Source of the DNA: Entomortierella parvispora E1425
Taxonomy: Eukaryota; Fungi; Mortierellomycota
DNA length: 64,000 nucleotides
Direction of reading: 5' to 3'
Assembly: GCA_020891255.1 (NCBI GenBank)
Contig: BQFW01000012.1
Span: 558,001 to 622,000, forward strand
Numbering within the stretch: the first letter of the stretch is position 1; the number at the start of each line of letters is the position of its first letter. This document shows, one piece after another, positions 1 through 13,221 of this stretch. The notes beneath the pieces are model-generated. The model saw only the letters and a list, made by a program, of their open reading frames with translations. It was not told where the DNA came from and did not search any database. The translations under genes were made by a program, and so were the position numbers.

Positions 1-835
1 CCTCAAAGTCCCTGATCCCCATCGCAATTTGCATGATATGGGTCATGACATTGTCCATCAGCGAATCGCCTTCTTCCGTCTCAAAAGTCCAAGGAGTCTC
101 CTCTTCGCCTGGCACTCGGTTCTGGAGAGCGATATTGGCGCCAATGATCAACGCAATCCCAATGAAGATGCAGGCGACCATGCACCATCCAACCACAAAC
201 TCCCAAAGTCGCTCCCCATCCAGTTCATCCGATGGTCGCTTCTTTTTGCGAGATCCTCCGCCATTTCCTGAACCCCCTGCGCCGCCTCCTCCTCCATCGC
301 CATGACTCTCGTACTGATCGCCCATGTCTACGGCATGTACGCCAAGCGCCCCTCCTCCACTTGTGCCTGCACTTGCGCCACCACCACCGCCTATACTGGA
401 GCCACTCGGGTAATAGCTGGTGACTGTAGGCTCCATTTGTAATTCTGCCCGATCTAACCTCTGTCGCTGATGCCGTCTCCAGATCTCGTCCATGGTCGCA
501 TCTTCTTCTGCGCTCTCATCTCCAAGTTCCTGAGTATCTCTTCGATTCCGATGATGATGATGATGTGGCAGATGTGGATGATGCCGTCTTTGGGCTCGCA
601 GCTTTCGTTGGTTGTTACGCCTTCGGAAGGGCCTGAGGCCGTCAATGACACATTGTGCCTGGGCCGCCATGGTCTCGACCAGTTGGTCAGCCTCGCTCTG
701 AGCCTTGAGCCATAACGTGAGACGTTGAGAGACGGGAGTGGATCGACGGCTGATGAAAATGTAGAGTAGAAACGCCGCCAGGAGAAAGAAGACAACAATG
801 AAGAATAAAAGAATTGTCAAGGCTGAAGTCTCCAT
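1..835 (-). CDS. Hypothetical membrane protein; 3' end runs off the window
   Basis: Open frame read by hand from ATG at 835 (METSALTILLFFIVVFFLLAAFLLYIFISRR...) to the window edge with no stop. It has an N-terminal hydrophobic segment, a His-rich patch, a Gly-rich patch and a second TM-like segment (WEFVVGWCMVACIFIGIALIIGA). It is missing from the ORF track, probably because it has no stop codon inside the window. Confidence 0.6.
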   Translation of the reverse strand, partial: METSALTILLFFIVVFFLLAAFLLYIFISRRSTPVSQRLTLWLKAQSEADQLVETMAAQAQCVIDGLRPFRRRNNQRKLRAQRRHHPHLPHHHHHRNRRDTQELGDESAEEDATMDEIWRRHQRQRLDRAELQMEPTVTSYYPSGSSIGGGGGASAGTSGGGALGVHAVDMGDQYESHGDGGGGGAGGSGNGGGSRKKKRPSDELDGERLWEFVVGWCMVACIFIGIALIIGANIALQNRVPGEEETPWTFETEEGDSLMDNVMTHIMQIAMGIRDFE

Positions 836-1316
836 GATAGCGAGTCCTTTTTCTTTTTTTTTTTTTTTTTTTGACTTGACGGTGGGAAAAAAAAAATAAG
901 TAGAGAAAAAGAGAGAATACACAATGTTGATGATGAAAAGAAAAGGGGTCCCGTGAAAAAAAGACGGTCGCACCTTTTTTTTTTCACTTCATCCTTCCTA
1001 AGCACGATTTTCTGGACCAGAATGGAATTTTCGTTTGGGGTCCAAAGGGACAGGAAAAGGCAGGTTACCTGCTTTATTTTTTTGTATTCTTCCTTTCGTG
1101 CCCTGAAGGGGATATAAATGAGGCGCTCTCTCCCTTTTTTTTTCTCAACCTCCATTCTCGGGATATACCCGTTGAGAACGAACAGAAGAAAAAAAAGGCA
1201 ATGGTCTAGCATGCACGGACCTTGCTCATACCTCGGCTGAGTTTGGACACAACTAAATAGATCTGTGGCTGTGTGACGCGTCTGTGCGGAATGGTTGAAA
1301 GTAAAAAAGGTAAAAA

Positions 1317-2357
1317 CTATGCCAGCATGGGCTCGTTTCTTGCTTGTTGCTTTTGTTTTTGCTTCTTGGCTGCGACAGGTTTTGTTGCGCTTGGCTCTAA
1401 ACATGCAAGCAAAAAGGAAATAGCGATCAGTCAACTGCAAACTGAGTAAAAGATAGAAGTGCCTACAAGAATGTAGCCATAGCATACCGGCTTCCTCCTC
1501 TTCGTAATCGACAGCGACAGGGTTCAATTCCTTCGCAGGTACAGTGGGCAATCTCTCCTCGTATTCCTTTGCCTGAATGAAATCACATCAAAGATAAAAT
1601 GATCAAGTCTGTTAGTTAACAGAATATTATTCCTTGGGTTCAGTTCAACTTTTGACAGTGCCTGTATCCTTACCACCATAGCATCCAGTTCCGCCTCGAT
1701 ATCTTCTTCCTCAGCCACCGAGAGCCTTGTGCTCAACATCTCGTCAATCTCATCCTGGTACGCTATACTCTCTGCGGTCTCGTCCATCAATTTTTCGACA
1801 TCGGACAAGGACATTTCCTTGTGCAATTCCTTCAAGACTTGGTTTCCTGCCGCCAATCCTGCAAACACTTCCTTTTCGACCATAGCTTGTTCAATTGAGA
1901 ACGTCTATTGTTTTTAAAAGAAAAAGGCACATCGAAGGTTAGAGAAAAGGCGGAAGAGTCGAGGGGAACATCGAGAAGATGCAAGGGTGTTTTACCAGTT
2001 CATCGAGGTTGGTCATCTGGAGGACAGTCTTTTCCAAGAGACCCTCTTGAAACTTTTTCCTACGGAGGGCCAGTAGGGCCTTGTTCTTTTCGCCAGCTGC
2101 AAGATGTTTCTTGGCAAGGGACAACTCCTTGGCAATCACCAGGTCCAACTATTCCAGCAAGAGGGAGAAAGAGAGAAAGGGCATTAGAATCGAATAAAAT
2201 AACGTTGCGAACTAGGAGTATTACAGTCATTAGATGGCTGTTTGATTGTACTTACTCTCTTGTTATACTGCTTGAGCTTGTCCCGTTGGACCTTGAGGTC
2301 GAGAATGGCTCGGTCATGAGCTGTAATCTTGCTCGCTTTGGATGAGTTGCTTCCCAT
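1317..2357 (-). CDS. VPS20: ESCRT-III subunit Vps20/CHMP6 (Snf7 family), about 5 exons
   Basis: Spliced reading MGSNSSKASKITAHDRAILDLKVQRDKLKQYNKR | LDLVIAKELSLAKKHL...KKFQEGLLEKT | ...IEQAMVEKEVFAGLAAGNQVLKELHKEMSLSDVEKLMDETAESIAYQDEIDEML. It has an N-terminal MG myristoylation-type start and GT-AG introns. Confidence 0.92.
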
Positions 2358-2631
2358 GGCACGATTCGGGTATTTTTAAGCTATGTTGTAGGTGTTCCTG
2401 AAAGAGCGAGAAGATGTTAGATTGACAGTCGAGAAAGGGTATATGCAAGGAGATGAAGGCAGCAAGGGATGTCAGCATGAACAACTGTTCATCCATGCAT
2501 GTGCCTTTGCAGTTGCGGCCGTAAAGTCCACGTGACCTCGAGTTGGTGGCAAATTCTCTCCGTCTTCACGTCTTCACTGAGCAGCATTGCATGCATCTTC
2601 TTACTCTCTTCTTTCCCTCTATCCCTTCACC

Positions 2632-5036
2632 ATGCAGGCCATTCCTGAGGACGCATTCTCCAACGTCCTCCTCCTGCGCCCACCCTCGCGGGAGAACCAG
2701 TTCTCGGTCATTGCTACCGCCGACTTTACCCGTGCTGATGACCCTTCACCCTCGCGGGTCTTCATTCATCAGTCGCCCGAACATCACAAGGCTAATGACC
2801 GCCAGCATGACCCTAGCCATTTACATCAGCATTCACATCACAACCATAACCACTTTCCCGGTCCAGGCCTCCGTCAGAACTTCAGCACCTGGCATCATAT
2901 TATCAAGAATGCCTCTGTAACTCTATCGAACCCAAGCGGAGACCCTGTCCAAGAAGACGGTGGTGACCAATGCTGGCCCGACCAACAGCCATCATATCTC
3001 GTCCCCATCCTGGGCCAAGTCGACTTTGAGTCTCAATCACGCTCTTCTTCCTCCTCATCCACCTTGTCCGGTGCCATTCGAATCAAACCAGGATCCTTTG
3101 CGAGCAAGAACCGAACCCATGCCCCTGCTCTAGTCATGGATTATTACCCTCGAGGAACTCTTCGTCAAGCCCTGGATAGAGGCGACTTTTTGAAAGCCCC
3201 TACCACACCAACGACATCGCTACTGGAAAAGAAAGAAAGGCCATCTTCGGACTGGAGAGCAAAATTGGTTGTGCTCAAGGATATGGCCCAGGCTTTACAT
3301 TTCATTCAAATCAAAATGTTGGGTCAACAACATGGAAGACTTTCCAGCGACTCTATTTATTTGGGCGAGGACGGCCATGCGTTTCTGGCCTGGCATCCAT
3401 TCAAGAACCGACAGAGCGACTTTCTTTCGGGACAAGTGGAGGCTTGCCGTTGGTTTGCACCTGATATTTTAAGGACGCTGGCAGACAAGTTGAAATCTGC
3501 ATCAACTTCCGCATCCTCCTCCACTCACAAGGAGTCTTCGACTTCCTCGAACACGCATGCATCGGATAAGACCATGGAATTAGACCAGGATGACATGTAC
3601 TCCTTTGGCATGTTGGCGTGGGAGATGGCAACGGATGAACTGCCGTTTGGTCAAATTGTTGACGCTATACCTTCAAAGCTTGTCGGCGGTGCTCGCTTCA
3701 AGGGCACCCCACCATTGTCTTTGCTTCGATTGATTCATCAATGGACAGACCTCGACAGGATGAAGCGGCCTTCGTGGTGCACGATTGTATCGCAATTGGA
3801 TTCATTGGACCCAGATTCTCTCTCGCATGAAATCGACATGTTGGGCAAAGGCCTTTCATCGACACCGGTCAAGACTGAACTGCTGACGGCGGCTCATACC
3901 CCAACTTCTCAACCGACTGCTGTCCCACCACCTCCAAAACAGCAACAACAACAAGCTGACAAAGATAAATCACAGGTAGTGGACATGATGGAGTCCGTGC
4001 TCGACTCGACTTTTTACCGACGGGATCTCCCATCGCATTTGGATAGTTTGACCAGTATGGAGGGCCGTCGACTCTTTAGGGAGATGGTGGTGCAGGGCAC
4101 GGCCGAGAGTTTCTTCCCGCTCTGTACCGCGTTTAATACACAATCGGATCCGGCGTTTTGTGGAGTGTCTTCTTTATCCATGGTATTGAACGCCTTGAGC
4201 ATCGACCCCCGGAAGCAATGGAAGGGCGTGTGGCGGTGGTACTCGGATGAACAGCTGGACTGCTGTGCCAGTTTGGAGATCATGAGGCAAAAGGGCATCA
4301 CATTCAATCAGTTTGCCTGTTTGGCACGATGCCACGCCAAGGTCGTAGTTAAACGAGCTGACAAACATACGCTGGAAGAGTTCCGAAAGGACGTCGAGAG
4401 CGTGTCGCAATCGGATAATATTCATATGGTCCTCTCCTTCTCAAGATCGGCTCTTGGACAGACTGGGTCAGGTCATTTCAGGTAAGAGCGGATAAAAAAT
4501 AACAAAGGGCCCTTGCCCTTGTGTCTTTCTAGGGCTGATGGTTTCTCTTTCCTTTTTCTTTTTCTTTTTTTTTTTTTTTTTTTTTCTTTTCTCGCTGACT
4601 AAAATCAAATCATTTGCATCCGCCCATTTAATGATATAGTCCCGTGGGAGGATTTCACAAGGAAACCGACAAGGCTCTGATCATGGACACAGCCCGGTTT
4701 AAATACCCACCCTTCTTTGCGACCATCCAACAACTCTGGGAATCCCTCTTGCCTGAAGATCCAGAGACAGGTCTCCGTCGGGGCTACTTTTTGATCACCA
4801 CCACGGAGAAGCAACGATTGGATGCTCAACGGAAGCGACTTGAGTCCATGAAAATCTCGAGTCCCTCTTCCTTGGCCGCGTCTGCTGCTTCCTCTGCTTC
4901 CTCTTCAACTCTGTCTCTGCCTTCTTTAGCAGATTCGTCCGAAAGCTCAGATTCAAAACTGAAGGAGCTGCTTGAGGCGACTATTGGTGAAGGGGACGCC
5001 AGCGAGTGTGATTGTGAGTGTACCAAGACGAAATAA
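2632..5036 (+). CDS. PCS1: Phytochelatin synthase (glutathione gamma-glutamylcysteinyltransferase) fused C-terminally to a TKL-like pseudokinase domain; intron 4482-4639
   Basis: PCS motifs FYRRDLP, QSDPAFCG (catalytic Cys), KGVWRWYSDEQLDCC, GHFS (His, spanning the intron) and MDTARFKYPP (Asp). The same uninterrupted ORF upstream carries kinase-fold motifs LVMDYYPRGTL, RWFAPD, DMYSFGMLAWEMAT..LPF and KRPSW. Confidence 0.9.
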
Positions 5037-5774
5037 CGAATAATAAAGATAGACAACAACATCGATTTATTGTAAGCAACAAACTATTTGTCAATGGCAG
5101 GAGGGCTGTTCTTCTGTCTAAAGAGATGAAATAACCGAGTCAAGAACACGCGCGCTATAAGATCATCAAGAAGAAGGAAGGAAGAAGATGCATCGCCAAG
5201 CACAAAAAGTGAAGAAAAAAAAAAGAGAAAGAAAAGGTCAATCAATGAACAATAGTTGCGTAGAAACGGGGGGGATGTGAATGGGAGAGCAAGGACGAAA
5301 CAAAGGAAAGACTGCCAACATTGTCTAAGCGCACATTTCCTACGCGTCTAAAGAGACAAAATGGAGAATAAAGGGCCACATCATATTCATCTTTTGCATT
5401 CCTCAGTTTCTTACATAATTACACGCGGTTCCCTCGTCGGTTAGTTCAGAGCTCTTGAATCTTCACAAACAGACCCTGTCAAGGACTTGCTCATAATGCA
5501 TACTCCATTTTAGGTCGTCGCCCTCCTGCTGATCTATCCTGGATATTGAAACAACAAAAAGAAAAAAGAACAAAAAAAAAAAAAAAAAAAAAATGCGACG
5601 ATGAACGGTGGGCAAAAATTCAACCTGGGAATATTGTCGAAAGGACGAAACGTCCAGGAGAACGGATGGGAAAGGATGTGGTTGATAAAGAGCGGAAATG
5701 AAAGAAACAGGTGGTATGTTTGCAAACCAGTTTTTCTAATCCAGTTATCCTGCGTCTTTCGCCGTGTTCGCCAT

Positions 5775-8360
<2,586 letters not shown>

Positions 8361-8539
8361 GTCTAGCAATGAGGTGTGGTGGGAGGGATTCCTTTGGAGA
8401 GAAAGAAGAGAGGAGTTGAGGAATGAATGGAGCAGAAGCGCCTTTTCGCATTGCAATTGAAACAAGGACCACATGATCTTCCAGAAATGAACCAAAAAAA
8501 AAATAGTCACCGAACATTCAATCATCGTACGTGCTAAAT

Positions 8540-10303
8540 TTATTCGTAGAATGACCTTCCAATACCTTTGGGATGTGCCTGCAGCCACTCCTCGACCTCA
8601 CCAGCACGCGACTGCCAGTCTTCATCCGCCCAGGCGCGAGGCCCTAAAAGCCCTGTGATGACCTCCAACTTTGGCCATTGTTTATACATCCACTCTAACT
8701 CAGGGACACCAATCCGGTGGGTCATCCAACTCACATCCAACACCGAAAGTTCTTTCAAGTCCCTGAGCAACTCCAGTCCGGCATCAAGCGAAAACGATAG
8801 GCACCAGTGCTGAAATGGTCGAACAACGATACTTCGGTGCAACTCTTCCTCAATTTGGTCCCGTATATCGTCCATGTCCCATGTGTTGCCTTGGAGCGCC
8901 TCTGGATGGCCCAGTAGCAACTTTTTGAGCTTAGTCATTTTCCCAAGCTGGGAATACACACGGCGTTCCAATTGATCGCTACCTGCCTTTGCCCGGTCTT
9001 CAAGATCCAGAAACAGCGGCTGTCCTTCTCTTCGATAGAGAACATCCCATCTAGGGATCCCGGTGATCAACACTTGGAGACTCTCCAACGACTCAGCACA
9101 AGCCCATGCCTTTCTTTCACCCACAAAGTTTGGGTTTGAGAGATCGAGGATTTGCGAGGCATCAATGACAACATCCTCAGAAAAAACGAACCGGCGGGTA
9201 TATATGGCGCCTCGGAAATGGCGCAGGACTTTGGCGTTCTCCAAAAACCGTTGGATCGGTTCGCCGTTCAATCCTCGCAAGCCTTCAGAATCAAGGACCT
9301 CCAGCGTTTCAGCATGCCCCATCAAGGCCTTACAGGAGAGAGGGCCAAAGTTCACAAACAATGGAAAATAAAGCTTCTTCCATCCACAACTGCTGAAGGA
9401 AAGGACTTGAGCGATCACTTCATCCGATACGTCCTCATTATCGTGCCAGGTCAACTCTCGCAAGTGAGGGCAGCACTGCTGCAGGACAGTCAAAAGCGGA
9501 TCAATGTAGATTTTTGATAGCTGGCTGACTTCGAGTATCTGTAAATTGATGCAGCGAGGAAGCAACCGCAGTATGTTGATCCGAGAACTAGAGTACACGC
9601 CGGTGTAGATGCCACTAAGAACAAGGTGTTTCAACTCTTTGAACTCGGGTTTTTTCACGGTCGATTCCTCATGATATTTCCCGACGCCCTTTGAAAGCCA
9701 ACGGGTGGCATTCAGGTGCAGGAATTCTAGGCGCTGGTATGGGAGCTTTTCCAAAATGTCCTGCTCCTGTAGTGACTCCGGAACTCGGCCGTCACCTGTC
9801 GTTGTTTTGCCATCAAAGTATCCGCTGAGACTAATACGTTGTAGTCCAGGGTTCCGCTCCAGAATTGCAGCAACAATCTCAAAGTTGGAGAGCATGGCCG
9901 TGGCGGATTGAAGGGAGATCGTTTGTGTGGCATCTCGACCCGTGTACGGCGAGGTGAAATTGAGGATGAGTTCGCTCAACTGAGTGCAACTTTTGGCGGT
10001 TGGTCCAAGTAAGAAACCATACATTCTTGATGAGTCTCTTGCAGTATATCGGCGGATATGATGACCATGGTGCTCCAGTGCAGCTTGAGTTTCTAGCTGA
10101 GCAAACCTTTCAGTCTGCTTGTCAAGGACTAGGGTGACTATTTGCCAGAGTTGCGGAGTCCAAAGCTGATGCCATGCTTTTGAGACCAGGACGCATGCAG
10201 CGCGATGGCTTGGGAAGAGCTGGTCTGAGATGAGGGCTGCAATCTCGTAGGGGAGTTCATTCCAGTTACAAGGGCGCTGCGGAAGGTACTGCGCGGGTGT
10301 CAT
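8540..10303 (-). CDS. F-box-like / leucine-rich-repeat protein (expanded family in Mortierellaceae), single exon
   Basis: N-terminal WNELPYEIAALISDQL...ACVLVSKAWHQLWTPQLW is F-box-like. RNI-type LRRs follow, and the C-terminus is LSFSLDAGLELLRDLKEL...IGVPELEWMYKQWPKL. ATG at 10303. Confidence 0.8.
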   Translation of the reverse strand: MTPAQYLPQRPCNWNELPYEIAALISDQLFPSHRAACVLVSKAWHQLWTPQLWQIVTLVLDKQTERFAQLETQAALEHHGHHIRRYTARDSSRMYGFLLGPTAKSCTQLSELILNFTSPYTGRDATQTISLQSATAMLSNFEIVAAILERNPGLQRISLSGYFDGKTTTGDGRVPESLQEQDILEKLPYQRLEFLHLNATRWLSKGVGKYHEESTVKKPEFKELKHLVLSGIYTGVYSSSRINILRLLPRCINLQILEVSQLSKIYIDPLLTVLQQCCPHLRELTWHDNEDVSDEVIAQVLSFSSCGWKKLYFPLFVNFGPLSCKALMGHAETLEVLDSEGLRGLNGEPIQRFLENAKVLRHFRGAIYTRRFVFSEDVVIDASQILDLSNPNFVGERKAWACAESLESLQVLITGIPRWDVLYRREGQPLFLDLEDRAKAGSDQLERRVYSQLGKMTKLKKLLLGHPEALQGNTWDMDDIRDQIEEELHRSIVVRPFQHWCLSFSLDAGLELLRDLKELSVLDVSWMTHRIGVPELEWMYKQWPKLEVITGLLGPRAWADEDWQSRAGEVEEWLQAHPKGIGRSFYE

Positions 10304-10589
10304 GTCTTTGGAATGGGGGAAGATGTACGTCAAGCCAGGGCTGAGAAGGAAGAGGGAGCCAGTGCCATGTCGTGCATGGTCTCAACGTGCCCCGTTGCCA
10401 CCAATCGCATGGTACTGGAGGGCAGTCACTCTTGCCCTTTTTTTATTTTTTTCGCTTTGCTTCGCTTTCTTCCCTTCTTCACTCCTCTTTCTTTGCATTT
10501 TCTTCAACACCGTCACTGGACCGACATTCATATTGGAACCAGGCTGACTGAACAACAGTATCTTAAGCCTGATTATTTCATTCAAAGAT

Positions 10590-12363
10590 ATGGGTAATTT
10601 TAAGAGAACCAGGGACACAGTTTGAACTGCCCTGTTGTCGTAGCACTAACTGGTCTTGCTCAACCTCATTGTTGAAAATAGATACAACAAAAGCCTCGCC
10701 GAGAAAACGAAAGGCTTCTCAGGATGCTGAAGGTGAACAGAATCATGCAGACCATCGGTTTCCAGCCGGTCCCTCCTCTGCCATCTCTTCCGCTGCAACA
10801 TCCACCCCAACAACGGTATTGACAACGGCCAGCGATTCACCAAAAGCACCAACACCGACGTCAGTACCAGTACCAGCACCAGAGCTATTGTCTGAACCTG
10901 TGCCTGCACTAGAACCAATATCAACTTCACCTCAGGAGAATATAACCTCGACCGAAACAACCCAGAGAGGAATATCCCCGTCTGCGATCGCTCAATACCC
11001 TTCAACACCCACACCACAAGCTGATCATGCTCAGACGGAAAGAAATGCATTGCAAGCTGGTACATCGTCGCAGCACGCCGTTACAACAGCAACAACCCCC
11101 ATTATTGGGACAAACTCTGGAAATCCAGTGCAAACAACAGAAGTCACCCATAACATAAACACTCACCGACAATCAGGCGACGATATTGTCCAACGGGCGG
11201 CAGAATTCATTGACCTTCTGGATGGCAATGAAGAAAATACCGACACTGAAAATCACCCTGTTATAGTTCTCGACGACGATGATGACGACGATGACGAGGA
11301 TTATGGCAGTGAGGATGTCGAGCATGATGACGATGAATCCCATCATAATAGTACTCAGGATATCGATGATGACGGCAACGTCAGTGGAGATAGTGATGCC
11401 ACGGATCGCTGGCGGCGGTGGCTACGACAGAGACAGCAACAATATTTGGATGCTCAAGAGCGTGAGTCTGCCATTGTCGTAGAAGACGAAGAGGATGATC
11501 TGGACCAAGACGAAGAACTGGCTCTCAATGCTCCAGGACGTCGTTACGTCACCACCATTGATAGTCGCTCACCTTCTAGACACCCATCGCGCTCTCGGTC
11601 TGGATCAGTTGACTCTGCATACAGGGGAAGGAGTCGTAATAGTCGAACCTATTGGCATGCAACAACACCTCCCTTACATTCTCGAAGGCAGGCTAGCTCT
11701 CGAGCCCCAGATGTCGTTATCTCGGATGATAATGATGATTACGACTATGAGCAAACGGCGGCTGGAACTTCTGCTGGGCACGCAGCAGCAGCTGCAGCTG
11801 CTGCTGCCTCATCTTCCTCTAGTCACAGACATCATCATCAAAGGAGGCATCCTACAGAATCTCACACCAACACCAACACCAGCGACAACAATGCTACCGG
11901 TGGCCACGGCTTTGCGAATATGAGTCAGATGTTCTGGGACGCATTTGAAGAGCATGGGAGACGTCAAGCTGAAATCGTTGCCCCCAGGACTGCCATTCCT
12001 TCCCGTATTTCTCCCTCTCCATCTCTCACTTTGCCAACCTCTAATTCCTCCGCCACGGTTTCATCAGCTGTTGCTACCCCACCTGTGGTCACTGTCGCTC
12101 CTACCGCAACTCCAGTCGTGACAGAGCCTGTGGTGAAGACCTCAAGAATCACGGACCGACTTCGGTGCAGTATTTGTCTTGAACTGCCAGCAGCACCGAC
12201 CATCACTCGCTGCGGACACCTGTTTTGTCGACCGTGTATTACCCAGGCACAAGCTTTGGGCATGGGTCGGAAATGTCCCGTCTGTCGCACCACCTTGACA
12301 GCCAGCCGTCTTCAAAACATGATCTTTGAAACAGCAGCTCCAGCTCCAACCTTAGTCGAGTAG
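10590..12363 (+). CDS. RING-finger E3 ligase with multiple SUMO-interacting motifs (RNF4/Slx8-like STUbL)
   Basis: C-terminal C3HC4 RING CSICLELPAAPTITRCGHLFCRPCI...CPVCR. SIM-like hydrophobic-plus-acidic motifs FIDLLD, VIVLDDDDD, IVVEDEEDD and VVISDD. Probable 4-nt first exon ATGG (10590-10593) with intron 10594-10681 (branch CACTAAC). Confidence 0.8.
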
Positions 12364-12695
12364 CTAAAACAGAATATATTGTCCGTTGCAATTTTTTTGA
12401 CAGTGAAATTAAGCTAACAAAAATTGATTGCACAATCTAATCGCGATTTTCTAAACGAACATTCAAACGCCACTAAATTTGTTTCGTCGTCACGTATTTT
12501 TTTTTTGCTGTGTGCCACATCTCGTTTTGTTCTCTCCTGCCCTGTGCAACGCGTGCCTGCAGCTTCTGTGATCCTGTCACTCCACTCCAACCCCTACCAC
12601 TCTACTCCAACCCCTGCCACTCCAACACTCCAACCAATCCCAACATAGTTACCATAGCCAGATAGTCATATATATATACCCCCTCCCCCAACTCA

Positions 12696-13087
12696 TTAAA
12701 CATCATTCACTTCTCTAACTCTGCTTCTCCCTGCCCTTGTCCCCTCCTCGGTCTCGTCCTTGTATTCCCCCTCTGTGCCTATTACACATGGGTGCACAGT
12801 TGCATATAATTTGACATGGTCAATCACCTCTCGCGGCCAACGGGCCCTAGGGCCTACTGGCCCGTTGACGACAGGAGCCACATCGCCATATTTCTTGAAG
12901 TAGCCTACAAAAACTGGAAACTTAGAAAGTGTCTACATTTTTCAAACAAACTGCAGCTGCACTTACGAGACCAACGGAAGATGGAAGACACAGATACGTC
13001 CAGGAGAGAAGCAACAATCTCAGTCGGAAAGTCTTCAAATTCGTAGAGGATCACTGCACGCCAACGTAAGTCGTTAGAGCCTGTCAT
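12696..13087 (-). pseudogene. Truncated Tc1/mariner-IS630-type transposase: N-terminal HTH only, no DDE domain
   Basis: Splicing GTAAGT (~12967) to TTTTGTAG (~12900) gives SNDLRWRAVILYEFEDFPTEIVASLLDVSVSSIFRWSRYFKKYGDVAPVVNGPVGPRARWPREVIDHVKLYATVHPC, which resembles the Tc1/IS630 homeodomain-like HTH. Similarity ends right after HPC. Confidence 0.65.
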
Positions 13088-13169
13088 GGGGGTGGAGAAG
13101 GACGAAAAGAAAGAAAAATCACCCCTGAAGCCACAAAAAATTTAGATAAAAACAGAAGCCATCTGCACC

Positions 13170-13221
13170 TCTAAAATGATGATTTTGACATTTTTTTTTC
13201 TGTCAAAATCATCATTTTAGA
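13170..13221. repeat. Perfect 21-bp inverted repeat with 10-nt loop, flanked by ACC on both sides
   Basis: TCTAAAATGATGATTTTGACA (13170-13190), loop TTTTTTTTTC, TGTCAAAATCATCATTTTAGA (13201-13221). ACC sits at 13167-13169 and 13222-13224. Confidence 0.95.

Noticed and set aside
817-1551. 244-aa minus-strand ORF
   Set aside because: Only its first ~20 codons belong to VPS20. The rest is intron, 3' UTR and poly-A/T tract.
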